From: Candidatus Eiseniibacteriota bacterium
GTDB lineage: Bacteria; Eisenbacteria; RBG-16-71-46; JABDJR01
NCBI GenBank assembly: GCA_963762255.1
Contig: CAVXKA010000003.1
Coordinates: 640,001 to 704,000 of the forward strand
Direction: 5' to 3'
Length of the DNA stretch: 64,000 nucleotides
Made by a program: the position numbers and the translations under genes. Position 1 is the first letter of the stretch. Every line of letters begins with the position of its first letter. Under the pieces are notes generated by a model. It had not been told where the DNA came from. It saw nothing but the letters and a program-made list of their open reading frames with translations, and did not search any database. Shown here piece by piece: positions 47,476-55,537 of the stretch.

Positions 47476-48183
47476 CTAGCGCTGACCCTGCTTGATCTGA
47501 CCCCAGGTCCGCTTCTCGGTCGGGGTGGCCGGATCCAGGTCCAGCTTCGTGTCCGAGAGACCGAAGTAGCCCTGGGCCTGCTGGGCCGCAGGGACCTGCC
47601 CCGTGCAGACGCTGAAGAGACCCGGCGCCAGACCACCGAACCCGATGCCACCGGCGCTCACCCGCGAGAACAGCGAGCCACCGGTGAACTGGAACCCGGC
47701 GGTCTGAGTACCCGCGCAGCTAATCGCCAGCGTGGTCAGGTGGAAGCCCGACAGCGAGGCCTGGAGAATCATCGTCCCGTTCATGAAGGTCGCAGGATTC
47801 GCGAAGTCGGCGTCCAAGGACGGATCCGCGTAGACCTCGAGCACGCCGCCCGAGTAGTCCGTGTCGTAGACCGCAGTCAGGCCGCTTCCCGACACCACCG
47901 TGCCCAGAGACACGAGGTTCCGATACACGTAGGTGTACTCGACCGCCGGATCGTTGGGATCGAGGTCATCGAACGGGGAGTTGAAGCCGACCACATGTCC
48001 GACGATGAGCAGGACATCCCCTGCGGTGGAGATGTTGTCATCCACCATGCGGGCGTCCTCTTTGGCGTATCCCGTGCCGAAGTCCACGATGGGGTTGACA
48101 AAGGCCACCGTCGGCGCTGCGAAGACCATGGCCAGCCCCGCGACGACGATCAGCGAAAGCACGTTGCGATAGATGCGGTTCAT
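47476..48183 (-). CDS. Secreted beta-rich protein with C-terminal TWGxIK motif
   Basis: Signal peptide; EYTYV, YSGGVLEVYADP, ATFMNG; ends PTEKRTWGQIKQGQR. Confidence 0.8.
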   Translation of the reverse strand: MNRIYRNVLSLIVVAGLAMVFAAPTVAFVNPIVDFGTGYAKEDARMVDDNISTAGDVLLIVGHVVGFNSPFDDLDPNDPAVEYTYVYRNLVSLGTVVSGSGLTAVYDTDYSGGVLEVYADPSLDADFANPATFMNGTMILQASLSGFHLTTLAISCAGTQTAGFQFTGGSLFSRVSAGGIGFGGLAPGLFSVCTGQVPAAQQAQGYFGLSDTKLDLDPATPTEKRTWGQIKQGQR

Positions 48184-48187
48184 GTGA

Positions 48188-48892
48188 CTACCTCCCTCCC
48201 AACTGTTTGATCCGACCCCAGGTGGTCCTTTCCACAGGCACGGCGTCCGGGATGAACACCTGGCCGTCGAGCTGCCAGATGTACCCCTCCGGGCCCGCCG
48301 GGGGCAGGTACTGCATGCCGGCGATGAAGAGCGACATCGAGCGCTGAGCCATCGGGATGTTGCCGAGCTGGGTGCCGCGGCTGAAGTCCAGATTGCCGCT
48401 GATGGACCCGTTGCCCGTGACCAGGTCGACCCAGATCACGATGTTGGAGGTGAAGTCACCGCCGAGCAGGTTCTCGCCGTCTTCAAAGGTGAGATGGGAA
48501 ACGTTCGGAGGATTGGGACCGTAGACGGCGGGGGTGCCGGTGGCGATCGGGTCGGCGAAGACGTCGAAAGAGCCGCCGGTGAAGAAGTGGAAGACGTTCG
48601 TTCCAACCGTGTCGGAACTCACATGGCACATGTGCTGCAGCACGAAGGTGTTCTCGTCGTTAGCGAAGTCGACAGTGAGATAGGTGGGGTTCACCGAGTT
48701 CACGAAACCCTGGGCCCAGTAGCAGCTGCCGGGCTCTCCGAGGTTTGCCGGAGGATCGTTGATGGTGGGGCCGAATGCGGCGAAGTCAAAGCCTTCGAAA
48801 TCCAACAGGAAGACGTCGGCTCCCGCTCCTGTGGCCAGCCCGAGGCTGAGCACGACCACCAGAAGCGGAATGCGGTAGCGAAGGGAATGCAT
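48188..48892 (-). CDS. Secreted beta-rich protein with C-terminal TWGxIK motif (paralog of 47476..48183)
   Basis: Signal peptide; AAGGAGG RBS; ENTFV, FTGGSFDVFADP, TFEDG; ends PVERTTWGRIKQLGGR. Confidence 0.8.
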   Translation of the reverse strand: MHSLRYRIPLLVVVLSLGLATGAGADVFLLDFEGFDFAAFGPTINDPPANLGEPGSCYWAQGFVNSVNPTYLTVDFANDENTFVLQHMCHVSSDTVGTNVFHFFTGGSFDVFADPIATGTPAVYGPNPPNVSHLTFEDGENLLGGDFTSNIVIWVDLVTGNGSISGNLDFSRGTQLGNIPMAQRSMSLFIAGMQYLPPAGPEGYIWQLDGQVFIPDAVPVERTTWGRIKQLGGR

Positions 48893-49066
48893 CGAGACCT
48901 CCTTAGCGGAAGCTTTTCCGTGTCGCGAGTAGAGCAGGGAGCTAGTGCGGCGACGGCTGTGCGAAACGGGACTTTCGTATTCTAGCGTTCTAACGCCCTG
49001 TGAGCCAAGAAGACTTGTTCACTCGTCTTACTTTTCGGACGACTTTGCGCAGAAATCTCCTGTGTG

Positions 49067-49137
49067 AGTTGACCGCGGTCAAGTCGACGGGGGCGACGGA
49101 CGCCGGTAGTCGTCGCAAGTTGACCGCGGTCAAGTCG
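49067..49137. promoter_or_regulatory. Two identical 20-bp sites containing the palindrome TTGAC-CGCG-GTCAA, 51 bp apart
   Basis: AGTTGACCGCGGTCAAGTCG at 49067-49086 and 49118-49137, upstream of the TWG gene pair. Confidence 0.6.
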
Positions 49138-49150
49138 GCGGAGCGGCGGC

Positions 49151-50682
49151 CTACCTACCCGCGGCCAGGAGAGGACCGATGAGCAGGTACGTGAGCCCGG
49201 TGATGAGCAGGATGCCGCTGAGGTTGAGCCAGATACCGGCTCTCATCATCTGCGGCATTCGGACGAGCCCGGTTCCGAAGACGATGGCATTGGGCGGCGT
49301 CCCTACCGGCATCATGAACGCGCAGCTCGCGGCGATCGTCGCGGGCAGGAGCAGAAGCCCCGGCGGCACACCCAATACCGGTGCCAGGGCGGCGAGGATG
49401 GGCAGCATCGTCGCCACCTGCGCCGTATTCGAAGTCAGCTCGGACATGAAAACCATCAGCGCGATGACAACGAACACCACGGCCATCACCGGCCAGCCCG
49501 AGAAGCCGCGGGCGAGGCTGCCTATGAATTGGCCCACGCCGTTCGCTTCGGTCGCCGCGGCGAGCGCCAACCCGCCGCCGAACAAGATGAGCACCCCCCA
49601 CGGCAGCCTGACGGCGCTGTTCCAATCGCTGACGAAGAGGCGTCGCTCGCGATCCACCGGAATGATGAACAGCGTGATCGCCGCCGCGACGGCGATCACC
49701 GCATCCGACAGGTTGGCAAGAGGGGCGATGCCGCCGACCTTGATGCCGACCAGCAGCGGGCGGAAGACCCACAGGAACACCGCGACGGCGAATACGATCA
49801 TCGTCGCGCGCTCGCCGCGGTTCAGGGGGCCGAGCTTGCCGATCTCGTCCCTGACCCACGCCCGCCCGCCCTCGATCTCGCTGACCCGCATCGGAAAGAG
49901 CACGCGCGCGTTGAGGAACCAGGCAAGCGGCAGGAACAGCAGCATCGCCGGAATGCCCACCAGCATCCACTTCAGGAACGACACCTCGACACCGTACGTC
50001 TGCGCGTAGAACCGCACGAAGATGCCGTTGGGCGGCGAGCCGATGATCGTGCCCAGCCCGCCGATGGATGCCGCATACGCCACGCCCAGGAGCAACGACA
50101 GCGCCAGATTCCGGTCGGCGACGTCATCCCGCGGGATGCCGCCGTGCTCGGCCAGCGTCTTGCCCGTGCGTCGCGTGAGCGACAGGTCGATGATCGACAG
50201 AGCGATCGGCACCATCATCGCCGCCGTCGCTGTGTTCGACACCCACATGCTGATGAAGGCGGTGGCGCCCATGATGCCGCCGACGATCGCCGCCGGCCGC
50301 GTGCCGACCCACTTCAGCGTCTGGAACGCGATGCGGCGGTCGAGGCCCCAGCGCTGAATCGCGAGAGCGAGGACGAACCCGCCGAGGAAGAGGTAGATGA
50401 CGTCGGACCCGTAATTCGCCGTCGTCTTGGCGAGCGGCATGATGCCGAGCATCGGGAAGGCGACGATGGGGAGCAGCGAGGTGACTTCGATCTCGACCGC
50501 CTCGGTCATCCACCAGGTCGCCATCCAGACCAGCATCCGAGCGTCGCCCGCGTGGCGTGCCCGAGCGGCACGGGCTCGCCCGCCGCGTCGCGGTACTCGG
50601 CGGGCAGCACGAAATAGAGGATCAGCGCGAGGCAGGGCCCCGCAGCGAGCCCGATCTGACGCACCCGTTGCTGCAGGTCCAT
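49151..50682 (-). pseudogene. DASS/SLC13 (NaCT-like) anion transporter, frameshifted near 50537 (possibly an assembly error)
   Basis: MDLQQR...ATLG in one frame continues as MLVWMATWWMTEAV in another; SMWVSNTATA, GSPPN, ELTSNTA, FMMPVGTPPNAIVFG. Confidence 0.85.
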
Positions 50683-50684
50683 CG

Positions 50685-51809
50685 TCAACCGCCTCGTTTC
50701 CAGATTGCGGGGCGCTCGACGTCCCCTTCTGCGGTGAGCCAGGCGCCGGCCGCCCAGACCGATCCGTCGGGCGCTTCGGCAAGCCGGTTGATGCGCGCCG
50801 AGGTGAAGGTGGCCTCCCGAGCGGCCGTTCCCCCTGCGGGCCACCGCAGGATGTAGCCGTTTCCCCGGCCGCAAGCGAGATAGGTCGTGCCGTCGGTGGC
50901 GAGGAGGATGTCGTTGACGGCTTCGAGCTCGTCCGCGCGCGGCAGCACGATCTCCGCCCAATCACCGCTTGTCGAGCGCAGCAAGAGCGACGCGGTGTAG
51001 ACCGATGCCCCGCCCGAAAAGTCCGTGATCGATCCGCCGAGTAGGATGGCTCCCGAGGCGCTCACCGTCACCGCCTCGAACTCGCGGTTGGAACATCCGC
51101 CGCACCCCGCGTCGATCCGTTCCCAGCCCGCGCCGTCGTCCACGAAGAGCACGCGGCTCGGGAACTCGGGGCTTCCGTCGCCGGCGTCGTCGAAACCACA
51201 CGCGGCCCAGTGACCGTTGCGAGCGGCGATGTCCTGGATGCCGCGTTCCCCCGTGCCCGGGGGAAAAGGCAAGGACTCCGGAGTCCAGACGTCGGCGGAC
51301 GTGCTGATCCTCACTTGCTGGTTGGCGGCGGCGGCCCCTCCCAATCGAAGCGTGTTTCCGCTCGCCGCGAAGGCCTCCGGTCCAAAGGCGCCGTCGTGTC
51401 GGCTCCACCCGCCCCGCTCATCGAGGATGAACCCCTCTCCCGACGTCGCGTCCGCACCAGCGACGATGGCCTCCCCGGCGGGGGTCATGCCGACGACGGT
51501 GAGGATTCCATTTGATGGGAGGGGGACTCCCGAGACGGGAGCCCACGCGCCGTCCGCTTGGCGCGAGGCGAGGAACGGCGTAAAGGCCTGATGCGGCGCG
51601 ACACCGGACGCGGTGGCTCCGGCCGCCAAGCCCCGCGTCGACGAGAACGCGATGTCGAGGAACGCGGAGCCCTGCGGGGCATCGATGAGTGCCACCTCGT
51701 CCCATGGGCCGGCGGGGTCGGGCCGCGATGCGTCCTTCTCGCATGACGCGAAAAGCGCGGCGGATGCGAGGAGTGCGATGCAGAGCGTCGAGCGAAGTCG
51801 CTGGTTCAT
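50685..51809 (-). CDS. Lipoprotein, probable beta-propeller
   Basis: Lipobox FASC; repeated blades ending in W with [AV][AC]G motifs. Confidence 0.65.
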   Translation of the reverse strand: MNQRLRSTLCIALLASAALFASCEKDASRPDPAGPWDEVALIDAPQGSAFLDIAFSSTRGLAAGATASGVAPHQAFTPFLASRQADGAWAPVSGVPLPSNGILTVVGMTPAGEAIVAGADATSGEGFILDERGGWSRHDGAFGPEAFAASGNTLRLGGAAAANQQVRISTSADVWTPESLPFPPGTGERGIQDIAARNGHWAACGFDDAGDGSPEFPSRVLFVDDGAGWERIDAGCGGCSNREFEAVTVSASGAILLGGSITDFSGGASVYTASLLLRSTSGDWAEIVLPRADELEAVNDILLATDGTTYLACGRGNGYILRWPAGGTAAREATFTSARINRLAEAPDGSVWAAGAWLTAEGDVERPAIWKRGG

Positions 51810-54800
51810 GGCGTTGAGCGCAGGATGACCGCTCGAGCAGTAAGGGTGTCCGGCCCGTGCTTGAGCCGAATCCAGTACATGCCGGAGGGAACCTCCATCG
51901 CGAGGTCCACCGTATGAACGCCCGCACCCAGTGAACCCACCTCTCGCTGACCGACTTGCTTCCCGGCCACGCTGAAGACTTCCAGGGTGGCGGGCTCGGC
52001 GTCGGGGAGCATGAACCGAACTGAGAGGGGTCCCAGTGAGGGATTGGTGACGGGGCCGCTCAAAGCCAACATAAGGGCCGGCACGTCGACCCAGGTCTCT
52101 CCGTAGGCACTCACCCCGCCCGCGCGATCATGGACGACGAGCCGGTACCCATACCGCGCGCCGCGCTCCACCTCGCGATCCAGGAACACAAGCCGAGAGT
52201 CCCCGACCGGTTCGGCGTGCCCCGCTGTCTGCCAGTCTTCGTCGTGGTGACGGCGCTCGACCGTTGCCAGAGCGACGCTTCGTCCATCCCCTTGCCACGC
52301 GAGGTGTACACCTTCATCGTCGGCGCGCGCCTCTTCGATCGCGAAGAGCACCGGAGTCTGGGAACCGTAAACCAGATCCGCGAACTCGGGCCGGTCGACG
52401 AATGGGTTCCGGTTGCCCTGAATGGCATATATCGCGCTATTGCGATTGATCTCCTTCTGACTCACCGGGTCCTCGTCGCTCCAACGTAGGAAGAGATCCA
52501 GTGCCCAAGCCCTCAGCGCCGCCCCGTCCGTTGCGGGACCTCCCGGCCAGGCGGCATCTTCGGAGTGATACCGGGTAGAGAAGTAGAAATAGGCTCGGGC
52601 CAGGTCGCCCTTGAAGTCGTCGATCGGCTCGAAGACGGTCCCTGAGTACCCGGGGATGGAGCTGGGGCCGACCTTGCTTCCGTTCAAGGATGTCCACTGG
52701 GGGACGGCGGTCTCGCCATATGGGTTCACCCCGCGCGTCCCATTCACGTGGGTATCGCACGGGTAGAGGGTGAACAGGTCGGTGTACATGGGCGACACCT
52801 CGCCTCCGAACCAGTTCTTGCACCAGGTGTGCTCGCGCGTGTACCCGGTGCCCTCATGGCCCCCCACTCCTCCCTGGTTGACACCGAACGTGTAGAGGTA
52901 GGGCGGCGTCCCACCCGGGATGTCGGAGTAGATGTCCCACACCTTCCCGTCGCCCGGCCGGACATCCGTGGTGTAGTAGGCCGTCCAAGCGTAGTCGTAG
53001 CTGTGTGCCGTATGGTTTTTGATGATGTCGTGCAGCGCCACCTGGAGCATCTCTCCGGTCAAACCGGCCACAGCATCGTAGTACCCGGGCGGGATGTCGT
53101 GACCGTAGTAGGTGAACGAGGCGGTAGCCCCGGCCGAGGCGTTCCCGTACAAGTCAAACACCCCAGCGACCGCCAGCGTGTAGTCGCCGGGCGCCATCGA
53201 GGACACCGCCAGCAGCACCTGGTCGGGATGCGTGGACTCGCGGGTGCCCCTGCCCACGACCAGACCCGGGATGGCGTAGTGTCCGGCCTCCCCCGCACTG
53301 ACGGGCTCCACCGCCTCGGAAAAGCTCACGCGCAGTGCGGTGTCATTCAGAGCAGCGACCAGGAGCACTACCGGGGCGGTGTGGTCCGCCATCCAGAGGA
53401 CGTCGGCCGAATCACGGGGCTCGATCTTGAATCGGCCCGAGCTGTAGGCGACCGGACCGCTCACCTGGTACGTCGAACCGAGCGTCGCCGCAGCGCGATA
53501 GCCGAGAACGCCGACGCGGCTCGCACCGCTCCCATCGTCCACTTGCCACTCGCCCGCGCCAAGGTCCGGATCGGTGCACACGGCGTTCGCCACGCGGATC
53601 AGCACTCCCTCCAAGGACTCTGCCTCGACACCGGCCGTGTCGATGGGATAAACGTCGGGCAAGACCGCCCCCGGAGTGATGCTCTCCACCTGCGCTTCCA
53701 CCAGCACCGTGTTGCCGAGGTTGCCGGGACCGTCGGTTTCGGTCACACGCCCGGTGACGGTCACGGAGTCGCGCAGCGCCGGCGCCGTCGTGCCACGCAC
53801 CCACAGGCCGTTCCACGGGCCGATTCCATCCTGGAGAACGAAGGTCGTGCCATAGCAGGCGGTCACTACGCCGTGCGTGGTCACGATCATGCCGTCGAGG
53901 GGAGATGCGGAGGACTCGCCTTGGATCTCATGCAGGGTGGCTGGATAGCCGAGGCTGAAGCTCTGCAGCGAGGAGATTGTCGTCGCCGGAAGATCGTTGG
54001 CAGCCTCGATCCGGTAGTAGACGGTCGTGCCACCGGATTGTGCGGGGATCGACGCGATTGTCCGATAGGTATCTTCGGAGACGGGCACCATGCCAATCTC
54101 ATTCGGGAGCGAGGTCGGCGTCGTCCCCCACTCGAGCACCACCATGGTGATGCTCGCGCTCGAATCAGTGACATCCGCGAAGACTCCCACGGAATCGCCC
54201 ACTCCCGGCGACGCGGGATCGGTGTGGATCGATGCGATCCTGGGCCCCGTGAATGGGGACGAGGTGCTGTGGACGCCGGGCGAAGCGTCGGTCGCCAGAT
54301 CGACCTGCGTCGTAGTCCACTCTGCCGGCGTGTAGACCGGGTTCGGTGCACTCACGACCCCAGTGCGGACGTAGTCGGCGTTCTCGAACGCTGTCCCGAG
54401 GGCCACTACGTAGTCGGTGACGGTCCCGAGCGGGTCGAGGAGCTTGGCCCCGTCACCCACCTTGCCGTTCCAGCTGCCGTTGGCGCCCGACCAGCCCTCG
54501 TCCGGAAACGCCACCGGGAAGACTGCGACGGTGGTCGCGTCTCCCGCGACCAGAGCCTGATGTGCGTCGATCAAGCCGGAGAGTTGCCAGGTGAACGCGT
54601 CCGCGCCGTTCGCGACCGCCACCACTCGCCAGCCGGTCAGGTCCACGGCTTCGTCGTTTGGGTTGTAGATCTCGATGAACCGATCCGTGGCATAGTTGAG
54701 CCGCGGGTCGCACAGCTCGGAGATGAAGACATCCGCGCGGACTTGGACGGGTGACCACGCGAGCAGTGCGACGAGCGCTCCTGCGAAACGCAGGGCAAGC

Positions 54801-54814
54801 TTCGGCTTCGACAT
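51806..54814 (-). CDS. Secreted LTD/OB/Ig/endonuclease I protein with T9SS-like CTD (intact)
   Basis: VFISELCDP..FIEIYNP (lamin-tail domain), IHEIQG-like OB start, EGVL, TREHTWCKNWF, KGDLARAYFY, NRNPFVD, NPS...SGMYWIRL. Confidence 0.88.
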   Translation of the reverse strand: MSKPKLALRFAGALVALLAWSPVQVRADVFISELCDPRLNYATDRFIEIYNPNDEAVDLTGWRVVAVANGADAFTWQLSGLIDAHQALVAGDATTVAVFPVAFPDEGWSGANGSWNGKVGDGAKLLDPLGTVTDYVVALGTAFENADYVRTGVVSAPNPVYTPAEWTTTQVDLATDASPGVHSTSSPFTGPRIASIHTDPASPGVGDSVGVFADVTDSSASITMVVLEWGTTPTSLPNEIGMVPVSEDTYRTIASIPAQSGGTTVYYRIEAANDLPATTISSLQSFSLGYPATLHEIQGESSASPLDGMIVTTHGVVTACYGTTFVLQDGIGPWNGLWVRGTTAPALRDSVTVTGRVTETDGPGNLGNTVLVEAQVESITPGAVLPDVYPIDTAGVEAESLEGVLIRVANAVCTDPDLGAGEWQVDDGSGASRVGVLGYRAAATLGSTYQVSGPVAYSSGRFKIEPRDSADVLWMADHTAPVVLLVAALNDTALRVSFSEAVEPVSAGEAGHYAIPGLVVGRGTRESTHPDQVLLAVSSMAPGDYTLAVAGVFDLYGNASAGATASFTYYGHDIPPGYYDAVAGLTGEMLQVALHDIIKNHTAHSYDYAWTAYYTTDVRPGDGKVWDIYSDIPGGTPPYLYTFGVNQGGVGGHEGTGYTREHTWCKNWFGGEVSPMYTDLFTLYPCDTHVNGTRGVNPYGETAVPQWTSLNGSKVGPSSIPGYSGTVFEPIDDFKGDLARAYFYFSTRYHSEDAAWPGGPATDGAALRAWALDLFLRWSDEDPVSQKEINRNSAIYAIQGNRNPFVDRPEFADLVYGSQTPVLFAIEEARADDEGVHLAWQGDGRSVALATVERRHHDEDWQTAGHAEPVGDSRLVFLDREVERGARYGYRLVVHDRAGGVSAYGETWVDVPALMLALSGPVTNPSLGPLSVRFMLPDAEPATLEVFSVAGKQVGQREVGSLGAGVHTVDLAMEVPSGMYWIRLKHGPDTLTARAVILRSTP

Positions 54815-54889
54815 CGGCACTCCTCTCCACTCACTCCCCACACGGGCTCATGCAGCTTGACCTATCCACCTTCAACTAGAATAAGTCAA

Positions 54890-55062
54890 TGGTGGAGGCG
54901 TCGGGCGTTCTTTCCCGCCGGGGGAGGGGAAGAGTGGTGGAGGCGGCGGGAGCCGAGATCCCGAAGGGATCGAGACCCCGCTGTCCTTGGAGATCAGCGC
55001 ACCGAAGGTGCGCAAACTGGTGGAGGCGGCGGGCATTCCCTCCCGCCGGGGGAGAGGAAGAG
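54890..55062 (-). repeat. Array of three extra copies of the 16-nt tmRNA 3' end (CCCGCCGCCTCCACCA) with 29/67/29-nt structured spacers
   Basis: Copies at 55018-55033, 54935-54950 and 54890-54905 (one mismatch); the two 29-nt spacers are homologous. Confidence 0.9.
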
Positions 55063-55424
55063 TGGTGGAGGCGGCGGGAATCGAACCCGCGTCCGAAATC
55101 GCATCCCCGAAAGTCACTACGTGCGTAGCCGGATGTTTGATTCTCGCCTCCTCCGTCCCCAACCGGCGGGGTACGGGCTCGGCCAGCTCCTACTTTCTCG
55201 CCGCGCCCCCGGAGCAAGGGCGCTAGCCAGTCCGTCTGTTATGACGGTCTCCTCTCCCCCGACGGACAAAGGGAGGGAGCCCGTCGCTGTGGTCTAACTT
55301 TCGTTAGGCAGCGAAAGCCAACTGATTGTTGTCAGTTGCGTTTTCCCGCAGGGTTTAACGAGGACCACGGGACCTCGGCACGCGCCTCTCGCTTCCGCGA
55401 CCCCGTCGAAGCCATGTCGCCCCC
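55063..55424 (-). ncRNA. ssrA: tmRNA; tag reading frame 55339..55304 encodes ATDNNQLAFAA*
   Basis: 5' GGGGGCG...TTCGAC; 3' GCGGGTTCGATTCCCGCCGCCTCCACCA; G3.U acceptor wobble; 362 nt; tag ends in AA. Confidence 0.96.
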
Positions 55425-55537
55425 ACTCGGTGGTCGGAAGCGGCGCGCCCGGCAAGACCAGCCGGGAGCACGCCAGCGTCTCTAATAGTGTAGCGTATCC
55501 GGGACCTCACCGGGGCCTCGGCGCAACCCTCCCCAAC

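Noticed and set aside
50685-54889. Intact genomic island integrated at ssrA
   Set aside because: No integrase or mobility genes, and I saw no distal tmRNA-end duplication beyond the local array.
54890-55080. CRISPR array
   Set aside because: The repeat is only 16 nt and equals the tmRNA 3' end, spacers are unequal (29/67/29) with two homologous, and there are no cas genes in the window.
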